64,000 bases of DNA from Octopus bimaculoides (Eukaryota). The stretch spans positions 59,690,959 through 59,754,958 of the forward strand of contig NC_068983.1 in the NCBI RefSeq assembly GCF_001194135.2, read 5' to 3'. The position numbers were made by a program, and so were the translations under genes. The stretch's first letter is position 1. Each line of letters starts with the position of its first letter. The notes under the pieces are model-generated. The model searched no databases, had not been told where the DNA came from, and saw only the letters and a list, made by a program, of their open reading frames with translations. Below, one piece after another: positions 40,051 to 54,612 of the stretch.

Positions 40051-40859
40051 GACAATGATGACTACACTCACACACACATTCTATTTTTAGTCAGTGTACG
40101 AAGACTGTACAGCCTATATTAGCTCATTATTCCTGTTTTCCTTCAACACAATTTTACCTTGTCACACCAGTAGATAACTTTTGTTCCATACCATTACCAT
40201 AAAATATAAGCCAATGAGTGTGCTCCTACATAGCTACTCGACTTTCTAGAACTAGCTGCCAAGTTTCCCTCATATAACATACAACTGTCTTATAAAAAGG
40301 AAGGACACATTGAAAAATGTTGACTTAGGATATACTGTATTTGAAAATAAATGTGATGGTCATCTCTGACTTATCTCTAAGTATAAATCTACTAAATCAG
40401 GACTGACTCAGGGCTACATAACAACAGCAGCAGCAAGATATAATGCACCTACTGGATCTCTACCAGGATTCCTTATTTGGAAAGGTGTGTATGCATTCTG
40501 TGATGCCACTACAAGTCTGATGACTTTACCCTTTGCCTGTTCTTTGTATCACATGATACACAGCACAAACTTCCCCGTGTCCATGCATTGTATATGACAC
40601 ACATTACCATTTGTTTTTTCAACCACCAGAGTAATTTAGGACTTATGAAAGGAAAGTTTTATGTCATTCAGAACATATGAAACAACGACTAACTAAAAGC
40701 CTGAAAAGAAAATGCATGGACATTTAGGACAAACTTGTGAAAAATGATTTAGACAAGTAAAGGGTTAAAAGCGTTGTATGTACTTTTTGCAATATTGTCT
40801 TATCCCTAAAAAAAACAAAAATGCAATATACATAGCAGGTTCCCCAAATTTCAGTTCAA

Positions 40860-41250
40860 TCTCTCACAGATCAGTGTACTTAGAGAAAATCTAGGTAGGT
40901 AGGAATTCCAAAGATTTACAGTTTTGAAAAGAGTCTAGGGAAGAGTAAGGGATCTTGTGGAGTGAATCATATGTTTAATACAGATGAGGGGAAATAAATA
41001 CAGCTGTTGGTTGACAGCTTGCAAGGTCAGAGGAGAAGAAACCATTGTAGTACTCGCAGGAAAAATAGATTAGTAGTTTTCTGTGTTGGTGAGTGGAGGT
41101 TTGCTATTAGTCAGATGGCATTTTTTGTTTTTAAATGCATATGAAATATTTATGTGTGTAGCATCCATACCATTCCAGATGCATGAGCATTATTTTAACA
41201 GAGTCATAAATTGTTCATTGCTGAAATATTTTATTGTCTGGAAGAGGAAT
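40860..41250 (-). mobile_element. LINE RT C-terminal fossil, same group as 6285-6760
   Basis: Minus strand reads CSCIWNGMDATHIN.., EYYNGFFSSDLAS.. and NLWNSYLP. Confidence 0.5.
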
Positions 41251-41419
41251 TAACTGAGTGGCTGGGATGGAGTCACCACAATATTATACATGTGTAATCA
41301 CCATGAAAATGAATTATTATCAAATATAATCAATTATAATCTGTAGACATTTTGAATGTTTTTGATGTGTGAGGAATGAGAAATATTGTTTGTGTGCTTC
41401 ATTGATATGTGTAGTGATT

Positions 41420-41650
41420 GAGTCTTATAACTGTGTCTTATAATACTGTAATGACTGGGCTTTACAGTACTGTTGTGATTGTGTATGTAGTTGTTGTAGC
41501 AACTAACTCTTATAATACTGTAGTGACTGTGTCTTAATATTGTAGTATATTATAATACTGAGTCTTACAACCAAGTCTTATAATATTGTAGCAACTGAGT
41601 CTTATAATAATGTAGTAACTGAGTCTCATAACTTAGTCCTATAATGCTGT
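41420..41650. repeat. Degenerate minisatellite, about 24-bp unit gagtcttataatactgtagcaact
   Basis: Repeated gagtcttataa / actgtag motifs. Confidence 0.65.
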
Positions 41651-43009
41651 TGAATGAGACCAGGTTGCTATGTCCTTGCTGCAGGCTATTTCTGTGTCTT
41701 TCTTCACAGAAATAATGCCTGTCTGATGGGAGGTTTACAGGTTGCGTGTTGATGACGCCTGTGTGCAAAAGGTTAAGGAGGACTGAAAGGTGATAGTATC
41801 TGCATAAGAGGTGACTAATTACAATACATAAGAACGGAGAGAAAGAAAGAGGCTGAGCGAGAGAAGAAAGAAAGAGAGAGAGAGAGAGAGATTGTTATAT
41901 ACACTTCACACAAATTACACACTCAAACACATTTATGTTCTCACTGTTTAATATATGTGATATTTTTATCTCTGGTGTTTGTGTGCATGTGAAAGCTTAA
42001 TCAGATTTATAACTCACCTTGACCTCTAGCAGAGTATTGCTTGCTATTATGTAAAGATGAATGAGCAGACCTTGGTCACAGAGAAACAATATTTGAAAAT
42101 TATGAATAGAAATTAGATCTAAAATTTTAGTTCCATATGGCTTTGTTCACTACGATCATGACTTAAAGAGATTAGAATAATCTTAATGTAACAATGTAAA
42201 TTTTGTACCAGCTTTTATCCTTTTTCACTTATCTTTAACCTCTTCCACTAAGCAGACTATTTATTCAATAGAATTCCTATAAAAGAGAGCACTTTTGACT
42301 TGCTTGTGTTCATACTGTTTATCACATTTTGTAAATTATCTTCATTGAAGCAATGGATTCTTTGCATTGAGCCTTTATTAATTTATTTAGCATTTCTCTG
42401 CCTGTGGTTAACATTTCATTCAGTTATCTTGGTTATTGATATATCTGCTCTCTTTATGAAGCAATTGTTGATCGATGTGATGCAAACGAGGAACAAATCA
42501 AATTGAAGCATCTACCTAACTTAATAACCTTCTGGATGAATAACTGATTGTAGGCAAAAGCAGGAAAGAGAGAAAGTGGGAGAGGGAAAGGGAGAAAGAG
42601 CAAGAAAGAGAGCAGTTGTAGTTATACAGATAGAAAGTGCAGAAATAAAGGAATATATCCTATTGTACTATTTCTCTTTTATACTCCAAAATCCATTTCA
42701 AGGGTCAGTTGCCAGAGCTGGCACCTAATTAAAATGCACAATTGTGGTATGTTACATTTATCACAATAATACTTCAATAATATTGTAGAAAACAGAGAGG
42801 ATCATTGTCATTGCTTATACAACAGGTGGTAAGTCAAATGGATGAGCAGATGTGGTAAATAGCTGCAAACTCATAGATTTTGTGTTCTAAATAACAAAAG
42901 CATTTAATTCTGAATTGAGTAGTGTACTTTATTTGATGTACTTCACTTCACAGAACTGTTTGAAATAGGCACTATTTGTAAATGATTATTGTCATATACT
43001 GGTTTCTAC

Positions 43010-43210
43010 AGGCATAGTTGTGTGATAAGAAGCTTGCTTCTCAAACACATGGTTCCAGGTTCAATCCCACTGTAAGGCACCTTGAGTAAGTGTGTTCTAC
43101 TATAGCTTCAGGCTGACCAAAGCCTTATAAATGGATTTAGTACACAGAAATTGAAAGAAGCCCTTTGTGTGTGTGTATGTGTGTGTGCTTGTCTTGACAT
43201 TGTGTGATAA
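43010..43210 (+). mobile_element. SINE family A/A2 5' part
   Basis: aagaagcttgcttctcaaacacatggttccaggttcaatcccactg head. Confidence 0.8.
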
Positions 43211-44369
43211 CAAAAGCTCCTATAGCACCAAATTGTACAACTCCTACACAAGTCACAAAAGAGGGAAACTCAGTTGTAAATGGGAAGCAAGTTGAGTGAC
43301 CACTCCCACTGATCACATTTTTCAAAGCTGGTACCTTTTCAACAATGCTTTTTAATTTTTTAGTTCACTTGTGAGATAAAAGTCGAATCTCTTTTCTTTT
43401 TTTTTTTTTTTTTTTTTTTTTGCTAATCAAATGGCTTTGTAAGAATTTTCTGGGGTCATTACTTTATTTGTCCAACCTCCCATGTCTTTGAACTGTCTGC
43501 TCAATCTCCTTTGATGTGTTGGTGGCTGTTGACATCTGAAGAACCGAAACAAACCCTGACATCATAACCTCTTGACCTGGGACAATCTTATGGAGCTTCA
43601 TCTTTTTCATATCACATCTATATCACCAAATCAGTAGTTGTAAATTTCACACATAATGACATTGTTACTGAAACATGAAAATTAATGAATATAAATATGT
43701 ATATTATAACTAATGAAATATCTTGCATAATCTAACAGGAATGAATTAAAAATTGTTTGGTATGTGTCACAGGGCTTTTTTTCTTATGTGCTCACTCACC
43801 CTAACTTTAGAATCTGGTTACACTACCAGGTGTAGAATTGAACACACTTGATGCTTCAGTGCTACTCCTCCAAATTGTCTTGGATTTTAGATTGGCATAT
43901 AAACCAAGCATGTTTTATTTTGGTGCTCTTGAACTGAATATACTATGAAGAGGAATATCTCAGAAACAATTAAAGGTGCAAGTAAAATTATAATTAGTAA
44001 AATTGTAATTATAATTAGCAAAATTATAAATGAATTGTAAAATTATCATTCAGTTGTATCACACAATTTGTTTAAGTCTCTCAGGTCACTGAAAAAAAAC
44101 TCGGAGAAAAATATAATTGCATTTGTTAAATATGTATACAACATATTTTCTTTGTTCCCATTCTCTGTTGTATTGCACATCAATCTGTTTTTGAATGGTT
44201 CCACTAATATGCCAGCTGTTTTCTATGAGAAAAGGCTACTAGTAGACACATTACTCAACCATTCTCCATGTTTGGAGAAAGCTGCACTATGAATGGTTCT
44301 CCATAACTAGACAGTGCAACAGAGGAGTGATGAAAGAGAAGGAGAGAGAAGGGAGGAAAAGAGAGACAA

Positions 44370-44515
44370 ATCATGTCTTGTACTTGCCTGATACTTTATT
44401 TATTGACTCTCAAAAGGTGAATAACAAAGTTGACCTTGGTTGAATTTGAACCCAGTGCAGAGAGACAGAAAAATACTACAATATAATGTGATGCTTTAAG
44501 GACTCTACCAATACA
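44370..44515 (-). mobile_element. SINE family B fragment
   Basis: aaagttgaccttggttgaatttgaacccag, the reverse of the B-box core. Confidence 0.6.
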
Positions 44516-44589
44516 CTGTTCATGGTTTTTATATAAAGCTACGCTTCTCAGTTTATATCTTATTTACTTTGCAAGATGCAAAGTGGTCT

Positions 44590-44935
44590 CAACAGTGCTG
44601 GTTCCACAAAGAGCATCCAGTACATTCTAGGTGATTGATACATCCAGTACATTCTAGGTGGCTTGAGTAACAACAGCACCAGGCTTCAGAGGGGTCTTTA
44701 GTATTGCTGATGACAAGGCAACCTCTATTAAAACAGGTGCTACAAAAAATATTTAGTGCACCCAGTACACTTTCTAAAGTGGTTGATGTTTGGAAAGGCA
44801 TTGAGCCATAGAAACTGTGCCAAAAAGGAAACATTCAAACAAGACATTATTTTCCATCTCACAGAATCCCTTCAAACAATCCTACCCATGTCAGCATGAA
44901 AAATAGACATAAAATGATGATGATAAACCACTAAA
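44590..44935 (+). mobile_element. RTE-type 3' UTR/tail repeat with an internal 20-bp tandem duplication (catccagtacattctaggtg x2)
   Basis: gcacccagtacactttctaaagtggttg..cctacccatgtcagcatgaaaaatagacataaaatgatgatga. Confidence 0.7.
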
Positions 44936-45855
44936 TGGCTATGAATCATTACATTTAATTCACTCTACTCAAATCATTCTTAAGTCAACCTAACACTGAA
45001 CCTGTCTGTTCCTTATTTTCATCTTTCTTTTCCCCTCTAATCCTCACATTCTTCTCATTTCTTCATCTTTACAAACAAATTCAATCTTTAATTTTATCTG
45101 TCTTATATCTGGTTTTCCCTTCTTCTTTTATTTTATTTACTTCTCTGCACTTACCCCCGCCCCCTCTCTCTCTTTTGCTAGATATGTCTATATTTTCTCA
45201 TGGGTTTTAATGATCTATTGAAATTGCTGAATACTTATCCTCTGTTCCTTGTAAGCTTTCACAGACCATGCAGCTTTAAGCTGCAAATCACAAGAAAAAG
45301 AAAACAGTTCAATTAAAGATTTGTCTGCAGAGATGTAACTAATAAAACCATACCTAGTGAAACTCCTCCAACAAAACTTTGAACATTGCTCACTCCACAG
45401 ACTTCACAATGGCCCACTGAAAGAACACTAATTTTCTATACCATTTCTTCTGTGAACAAAATGTTGTTCTTTTAATACTACTAAGAAGGAGTTAACCTTT
45501 AAGTGAATGTATGTCTTCAGTGTAATTTTGACAAACACACAACTACACAACAAACTGCTGCCAAGCTTTTTCTTTACAATTTGTTTGCTCGTTTATGTAT
45601 ATGTGTGTGTGTGTGTGTATGTTTGTTTGATTGTATGTGCACACTCACATCTTACCCCCACCCACACACATGTGAGTTTGTGTGTTTACATGAGTGTATC
45701 TATTTATCTATTTATCTATCTGTATCTGTTTGCCTGTTTGTCTGTCTATCATCTCTCTGTCTCTATCTCCGTCTCTCTCTTTCTATATATATGTGTGTGT
45801 GTGTGTGTGTATACAGATATATAAAAAGAAGAGAGAAAGAGACAGAAGACATTGA

Positions 45856-45868
45856 TTGATAGATAGAC

Positions 45869-45934
<66 letters not shown>

Positions 45935-45976
45935 GCACTGTTACTGTTGTTAGTGATGGTGTGGTTGTTTCCCTGA

Positions 45977-46015
<39 letters not shown>

Positions 46016-46045
46016 AACAACGACGACGACGACGACGATGATGAT
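45856..46045. repeat. (GATA)n followed by (GAT)n(GAC)n microsatellites
   Basis: Direct reading. Confidence 0.95.
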
Positions 46046-47274
46046 CATGCTGCATCCTTTGGTGATGACTGCTGACAAATTAGCATAGCAAATGAATTCA
46101 ACAATGAGAAATAAGGTTCTCCTGTAGTGAATCATTGTCTCCCCACCTCCGCTTATATTTGGATGGAAACTAGTTGGCACTACAAAGTCTGAATGATTAA
46201 GCTTTCATTAGACTCAATGTCTACACTAATTTCTCTCTAGCTATAACTCCATCCCCGTCCCCTCTGACACATTATGGAGCATGTTGTCGCCATAATTACA
46301 CCAATATGTATATTTTCATATTTTCATCTCTCTTTTACTATCATTAGCAGGAATTGTCTTTGAGTTTTGGTATTTTGCATGTATTTGCAGTTGTTATTGT
46401 TGGTTAGTCACAGGTCAATCATTTATTGATTTGAATATATCAAAACACATTTCAGCTATGACCGTCCTCCACTTATTTATGTAAATATTTGATGTACACA
46501 ATGTATCTAAGACTAATCATCGCATGTATCTTACCATTTTTATACAGTACAATGTGTAATTTGAGGAACACTTAGCTGTTATTTCTAGTTGGTCATTCAA
46601 CCAATTAGAGTCTCTCTCAAACTGCTGTTGTTTTCACAACCAGCATACTAAAAATTCTCTGATAGAATTAAAGTACTACATGTTTTTTGATTGGGTAGAC
46701 TTAGATATTCTTTATATTTATTAATTTATTTTTGACTGGCTTCAGTCATTAGATTGTGGTCATGCTGATGCATTGCCTTTCAATGGATATTTTCTTTTCA
46801 ATCATATCAACCAAAGAACTTATTTTCTCAATCTTGTAAGAGAGGAAAAAAAAGTTGACCTTGGCACACAGGGACATATCTCAGATCAAGCAAAATATTA
46901 TATGCACCGATTTTGTTCATCTAATGTTAATATATACACAGTGAAGGCTTAGTGGCTATGGTATTCAGCTCATGATTGTAAGTTTATGAGTTTAATTCCT
47001 CCAGCCAGCTACTTCATTTCACATTGTTCCAGTCCACTAGCAAAAATGAGTAGTACCTGTATATCAAAAGGTTGGCTTTGTCACATTATGTGTCATGCTA
47101 AATCTGCCTAAGAACTATATTAATAGTATGTGTGTTTGTGGAGTGTTCAGCCACTTGCACATTAACTATATGTTGTTCCATTTGTTGGATCAGTTGGAAC
47201 CCTCATCATTGTAATCAACGGAGTGCCAGTTAATACATACATATACCATGCATTTGACACATGGTAAACTATAA

Positions 47275-47625
47275 GTGCAGGCATTGCTGTGTGGTTAAGA
47301 AGCTTGTGTCCCAACTTTGTTGGTTTCAGTTTTGGTTTCAGTTCTGCAATTTGGGCAACTGTCTTCTACTTTGGGCCTGCACTGACCAAAACCTTGTAAG
47401 TGGATTTGATGAAAAATTGTAAGAAGCCCATTGTATGTGTGCATGTGTGTCTTTGTTTTAACATCACCTGATAACTGTAAATGAGTGTCAGCATCATAAA
47501 AGCAATGCTATTTATTTTCATTCTTGTATGAAAAACATAACTAGTCTCGGGAAAATATTACTAATTCATCAAGTACGGAAAAGTGAACATTAAAACAATG
47601 AGAATGATGGTGATGATGAAGATGA
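47275..47625 (+). mobile_element. SINE variant A2
   Basis: Family A head; the tail ends gaaaagtgaacattaaaacaatgagaatgatgg. Confidence 0.7.
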
Positions 47626-47819
47626 CAACAATGACATAGATACACATGTGTACTTAATAACTATATTTCATCTATGTACCAACAGGAATGTGTGTAAGTA
47701 CCAGATACATTCTTTTGAATCATATCAGTATTCTCTGATTTCCAGAACTTTCAAGTTGTGTGTTTAGAAATCTTATCTATTGAATGACAACCTAACATGA
47801 ATATATTATGATGTGTGTG

Positions 47820-47862
<43 letters not shown>

Positions 47863-48877
47863 GTGTGTTGATTAAAGTATTTAAATCTTCTGCTCAATTG
47901 AGATCTTTATTTACTTGTGCATAGAGAAACATTATTTAAAACCATATAATATGCTGTCATTAAAGCATCAAGAAAATATTTGAGAATGTAGAATATATTA
48001 CATTTTTTTCCAACCTAGAATCTTCAAGTTTATTTATAAATGATTTATGTGTTCCACTCAACTTAGCGTATGAATAATATTTCAAGCACTATTATCAAAT
48101 ACTACTTGCAAGATTCTATTTAGATATTTTCTGTGACTGAAATAAAATTTAATTTCTAAAGATATTTATTTATTTATCTGCTAGCATTAGGTTAAAGAAA
48201 AAACAGGAAAAATACCATTTAAGATTGGCAGTCATTCAACCATATTGATAGTCCTTCATACACATGTTATTTTGTATTGCATAGGCAAAGTTAAAAATCT
48301 AAAGATTATGCTTCATATGATTTAGTGGATATTTAATGTGTGTTTGAGGATTCTAATGATATTAAGTAATGTAAGCTAAAAAGATGGTTTGGGATCAGTG
48401 GCCTGAAATTTATTTTGGAGAGATAAACTTTAAATATTGTTTTCAAGTAAAATAAATAATCACAAGGTACACAGCAAATAGGACAAGGTGGAATTAGATA
48501 GCGATCTACTGGGTTCTCTGTTGATAATAAATTAAATAATACTAATAGAGCTAATGTATAAAAAATAGGTTAAGAAGAAGAAAGACAATAAATAATAGTT
48601 AAGGTTGAATATGTTTCAGGCTTATCTGCTTAACCAATGAAACTAAAAATATAGAACTCGACAATAATTCTTTTGACAATGATACAATATACTGTTCTAT
48701 ATTTTAGAGATGAGGAATTCTGTAGGCTGGAGAGTAAATCAGCCAAAACACTTTAGTAACAACAAATAAGACGAGGACACATATCTGTCCAATGTAAATA
48801 ATGATACGCTCTAATCCTATTCGTTTTATCTGATAGCAACCTATTTCTTCATGCATTTTATCACAACTGTAAATTCA

Positions 48878-49060
48878 GGCATGGCTGTGTGGTTCAGAAG
48901 TTCACTTCTCAAACATGTGTTTTTGGGTTCAGTCCCAGTGCACAGTACTGGGCAAATGTTTTCTACCAAAGCCTTGTAAGTAGATTTGAAAGGAGCCATA
49001 ATGTGTGTGTGTGTGTGTGTGTGCACGCATGCGTGTGTGTGTGTGCACGTGTGCGTGCAT

Positions 49061-49096
<36 letters not shown>

Positions 49097-49330
49097 GTGT
49101 ATTTGAGTCTCCCTGTTTTGACACCATGTGCTAGTTGTAAACAAGCCTTACCATCATACACGCAGTGTTGTTTGATTCCAGTCCTCCATGAAAACATGTC
49201 TTGTCATTGGGAAACATTATCTTACTTGATATAGGTGATGCAAAGGGCATACAGTTGCAGCACTTTTCTTCAATGAATTCCATCTGCCCTGTGTAATCAT
49301 GGAAAAGAGAATGTTAAACAACCACTGAAG
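48878..49330 (+). mobile_element. SINE variant A2
   Basis: ggcatggctgtgtggttcagaag head and gggaaacattatcttactt..catggaaaagagaatgttaaac tail. Confidence 0.75.
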
Positions 49331-49751
49331 ATGAAATTTCTTACAATTAGTAGTGCCTTTATCATGATGCCAATATTCTAAAATATCATAATCATCACAC
49401 AGTATCCTCTAATATGTTGCTTGTTTGAAATGAAAACTAGCAAATCACACTAAGGCATACAGAGTATAAATATCAAAGGTCATCATAAGTTCAATCCTTC
49501 AATGTTATAGCATATCTCATATTACAGGCACACTTCAGTGATGACGTTTACTGGATTCTAGTTTACATCCATATTTCTTCTGCAGTATTTCAGTTTAGCA
49601 ATCAAGATGTTTCTACAATATGATTTTAACTTTATTAATTCTCCCCATGCTTGTATAACATATAGAGAGAAATATTTCACAAAAATTATTTCAGTCAATT
49701 AACTTTCATTCTCTTCTAATTTGTTTAATATAACTATTTTTTTGTACCATA

Positions 49752-49786
<35 letters not shown>

Positions 49787-50639
49787 ACATGCACACTCGC
49801 ACTTCACTTTTTTTTTTAATGGTTTCTAAATAAAAGAAAATTGTTATTAACACTTTTAATGACTTCATTGAAATTGGGCGGCAAATTTCAGCAGACTATA
49901 GATTTCTAAATAACTTGTAAATGGGAGCACAAGAATATTAGCTAATCATTTATAGGCTGAATTTATAGACATTCTGATTGTTTACAAGGACTATTCAAAT
50001 CTTCATCTAAAAATATCTTTCTCTTTTACATTCTTCATTGAAGTTTCCAACTTGTATTTTTTTCTTTTGTCGATTATCTTTTTAACCATTTAAACTACAG
50101 TTTGTAAACTGTAAAACATTCTTGCCCAAAGCCAATATTTTGATCTGTAAAAGTGGAGACACCTCTAATTAATCTCTATTGATTTTCCACTATTTACAGA
50201 CATCACTCAAATCAGAAACAACCCTCATAGTCAGTCTCATTTTCAACTTTATTGTGTTCAACCAAAACATATAACATTTGCCATCCAATCTATGAAAATC
50301 TCGACTATGTTTATAATTATTAATTATAGACATTATCACAAAATGAAAACTATTTTAATTGAATTTCAATTTCATTTTGGTTTTTTTCACTCTTGCACAC
50401 ATATCAAAAAAAAAATGTTTGGAATTGAGCCAGTGAGAGAGCCTCTACATGATCACTTGACCAGTAAGAAATAACAGCCATATATCAATCAAATACTACT
50501 AGCTGTGAAGACTAACTCTGGATAAAAAAAAAAAAAAAATTAAAAGGAACAGACAGGATGGTCACCAGAGCTGGAATACCTTTGATTATAAGTCTATGTA
50601 ATCAGAGCCGATGTGGAGCAAAACAACAACATTGGAATA

Positions 50640-50855
50640 TCAGTATGGTGGCAGAATTGTTAGCACACCAGGCAAAATGCTCAACATTATTTTGTCCTTC
50701 TTTACATTCAGAGTTCAAATTCTGCCAAGGTTGATTATGCCTTTCATCCTTTCAGGGCCGATAAAATAAGTACCACTTGAGCACTTGGACTGAGGTAATC
50801 AATATATCCTCTCCCACAAAATTGTTGGCCTTGTGCCAAAATTAGAAACCAATAT
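50640..50855 (+). mobile_element. SINE family B
   Basis: tggcagaattgttagcacaccaggcaaaatgct..gagttcaaattctgccaagg..cctttcatcctttcagggccgataaaataagtacc. Confidence 0.85.
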
Positions 50856-51794
50856 AATTTATCAGTACATTATTAAATGAAATTTATATGATGTTTCTGA
50901 AATATCCATTTTTTTTTCTTTTTCTTGAAGAGAAAAAGAATAATCAAAGCCTGACCGAAACCACAACTCTGTCACAGACACTATTTTTGAGAAAGCACCT
51001 TAATTGAATGCTAAGTAATTCCAAACAAGGTCAAGTGTGCAACTGCATTTTGTTTTGACACTGTTTCTATTCCACAATATTTACATTGGTAAATCCTTTG
51101 AGAATGGTAAGAATATCAGAGCATTTAAAATTTCTGCTTCCCTTAAAAGTGTTAGCTCTGTTGGTCTACAGCTGCAAAGTCGAGGCTGTAACTGGATTTT
51201 GCTTCAGTTTTGACTGTTTCAGTACACTTTCATTGCTAATTCCTGTGAGAGAATGGTTAGAATAGCAGAGCATGAATTATTTCTACTTCCTTAAAAGTGT
51301 TAGTCTTGTTGCAAACTCAGAGAAGGAAGAAGATTCCTCCTTATACTGTATTCTGACAGTGTTGTAGCATATACTTAAATGCAAATATGCTCTGTAGATA
51401 GATATTTTTCCAAGAATTATAATAAACTGGTATTAATTCATAGTATGTTTAATGCTTAAGATATTCTGTAGAATTCCTCTGAAACAGTTAATCTGAAACA
51501 GTTAACCAGATCTACAAGTTTTTCAAATCCCTCTTCTTTATAAAAAATATTCTCCCTAAATATTAGTGTACAACCAATTAAATTAAACATTAACACACTC
51601 CCTCTCATACTCTTAAAGGTTTGTGGGCATAGCTTTTAATGCTTACACTTATCAAGGTAAATGAACTGACACCAACCAAAAAAACTATTGAATATATTTA
51701 ATGTTTATATGTCTAGACATCAACCCATCCCACACAATATGGCAATATTAAAATAACATGTCTAATACTCTAATTATAGATATATTAATATATG

Positions 51795-51841
<47 letters not shown>

Positions 51842-53905
51842 CTGAAAGAGCTCAGTCAACTACTTCATTTCAATTAGTGTAGTCAAATTAATATCGATGC
51901 TCATAATAAGATTTTTATATATTTCCTGAATGAAAAGCTTTCAAAGAATGAAGTATTCTATACTTATAGCATTCTCTCAGAAAACAAAACATTTTATAAC
52001 CTTGCATAAGCAATTCAGAGCTGCATAAAAATCAGGTTCATGTTAGCATTAAGAAGTTTGCTGAGAATATATTTCTAAATCTGACTATGTATTAATTATA
52101 AAAGTCTTTCCTCATTGATGCAGCTGTGAAAGAAAGAGATTTAGTATATTAGTCAATGAATGCTGTCTTGTTAATGATGTAAACCATTTCATTGCCAAAT
52201 AGCTGAATGGTAAATAATCATTAGTTTACATAATAACACTCTAATTAGACATAATGAAAATTCCTGTAAATGTATGTGTCACCATTTGAGTGTGTGTATG
52301 TGTGCATGCATGTATGTCTGTGTGTGTGTGTGTGTGAGTGTATAAATATGTGTTTGTGTTTTGCATATACATATTTAGACACCTATTTATGAATACTTTT
52401 CATACATTTCAACATACATACTCACACGCATATTCACACCTATATTTATACACAGATAGACATGTAGTAATTTTTCTCATTATTAGTTAAATATATGTGT
52501 GTGAATGTCTCTTTATGTGTTATGTATGTGTAACTTTTCATTTCTCTCACATAGATTCATGTATATCTGGACACTTATATGTATGAATGTGTGTGTAGCT
52601 ATACATACAAATATTCCTGTATAGGTTTCTTGCTACTTCTGTATGTGTGTATGCATCTCTTTTCATAATTTCTCTGAATTTACATGTATGTGTTTATGTA
52701 TGTATGTGTATGAATACATGTATGTACTTTTCATTTATCCACATATATAAACAGATATAAATATATGTATATGTCTAATCAGATCAATAAATCCAGCCAA
52801 TATAGCCTCTTTTTCATCTGCTTTAGCAATAGAGATGGAAATCAATATTCCATGCAACTCTTTTCTATAACAATTAGATCTAGTTGAGCAGAACTGCCAA
52901 AATGCAGCTCTCTAAATCTTATTTGTTTTTGTTAGTCAATGCTGTGAGAATATTGAACAGAATTAACTTGGTTCCATTTCTCTGTTGATAAGTGATGATT
53001 CACAAAAATAACCACTGAAAATGCATCAGTGTTGCACTATAAGAATATTGTAGATAATGGTTATGAGGCTAGGACTCGTAGGCGGCTGTATAATTGAAAA
53101 AAGGAGGTCTTTAGCCAAAAATGATAAACAGTACATATGTAAAATATAAAATAGGAAAAAAACTTTGTTACTTGCTATTGTTTTGTGTTTGATATTGTGT
53201 TGCTATTTCATTATCATCCATAATTCACATCAAAACAGTATTTACCAGTTGTGGTTATTGGTGATTATACTGAGCTTAGTAGAAGTACTAATGCAACTAG
53301 CATTTCATGTCAGACATTGTGAAGTGTCTGGTATTATTATTCTTATACTCTCAATTGCATTCCTCCTGTAAGTTATCAATTAATTCAGCCATTGGAGTGC
53401 AGCCATTTGTAAAAATTGATTCCTCTAAGCTCATGAGTAACAAGCAAATTTGGCATGCACAGTAGAAAAATATTCAACATAGCGACTACTGGACTTTAAT
53501 AACCTTTATTGTATTTCATTTTATTTGTCTAGTTAATATGCTTATTTGAATAATGTATTTTTAGTTGTTTCCATGTTTTAAAGCAAAATTGCAGGGTTTT
53601 TTTTTTAAATTTTAATGTATTTATCTAAAATTACTAATAAGAAAAATGTAATAATAAATGTGATCAGATGAGTGAAATATTTAAAGAAAGTTTCAAACAT
53701 GTTTTATCTATAAACAACTAAATTTTAACGGCTGTTGTTGACTAATCAGCTTGCTTTAATAAACCATATTTGATACTTTTGTAGTCTTTCCTCTATTTTA
53801 TTGCTTCAATTTACAATGACAGTTTTGTAAAAACGTTTTCATGTAGCAATCAAAAGTTATCTGAAGTTATGCTCATAAGAGGAATGTAGCTTTTATGTAT
53901 CTATT

Positions 53906-53960
<55 letters not shown>

Positions 53961-54612
53961 ATACATAATATATATTTATTAGAGAATTACCATTCTCTCT
54001 TTCAGTAATGATTTCTAAACCAATGATTTTAAAACTAAAGATTTTTATTTTTATACTCATCAATATAAAAAAAAAGATGGAACATAAAAAATGTCAAAAT
54101 ACATAAAAGTAAGATTTATTAAAGATATAAATATAAAATTTTCAATATGAATATTAATATTGCTTTTGTTATTATGACTTCTTTTATTATTATGACTGAA
54201 ATTTTAAAGAAATCTCAAATGTCATATATACATGTGTGTGTGTTTGTGTATCTGTGTGTGTTTATGTGTGTTTGTGTTTGTGAAGAAGAACTAAAAGCAA
54301 AATACAAAAAGAAAACACCAGCAAGATGGGATAAGTTCACAATCAAAATTATTAGGTTGACTCTCAGAGAAATAGAAAGAGTTAATTGCTCTAACATTTC
54401 AGACAGTGTCTTTCAGACAGGGTGTAGAATGGTAAGAGAGGTGGAAGAATGAGAAACTGGAAGAAGAAAGAAGAGGAAAATTAAAAAGTACACTCCTGAG
54501 GAAAGCACCTCATGGTTTACATGCTGACCATCATCACGTGTACAGATGTAAAGTCTTGTGGTGGCCACAGTGTTATCAAGTTTGGGCAATTGCCAAAGAA
54601 TATATGGATAAT

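Noticed and set aside
42033-42116. Phase-0 stretch SIACYYVKMNEQTLVTEKQYLKIMNRN as an exon 3 candidate
   Set aside because: Ends in a stop with no suitable donor; similarity is not convincing.
54147-54452. 101-aa ORF
   Set aside because: The first half is (GT)-rich low complexity; no recognisable domain or convincing splice context.
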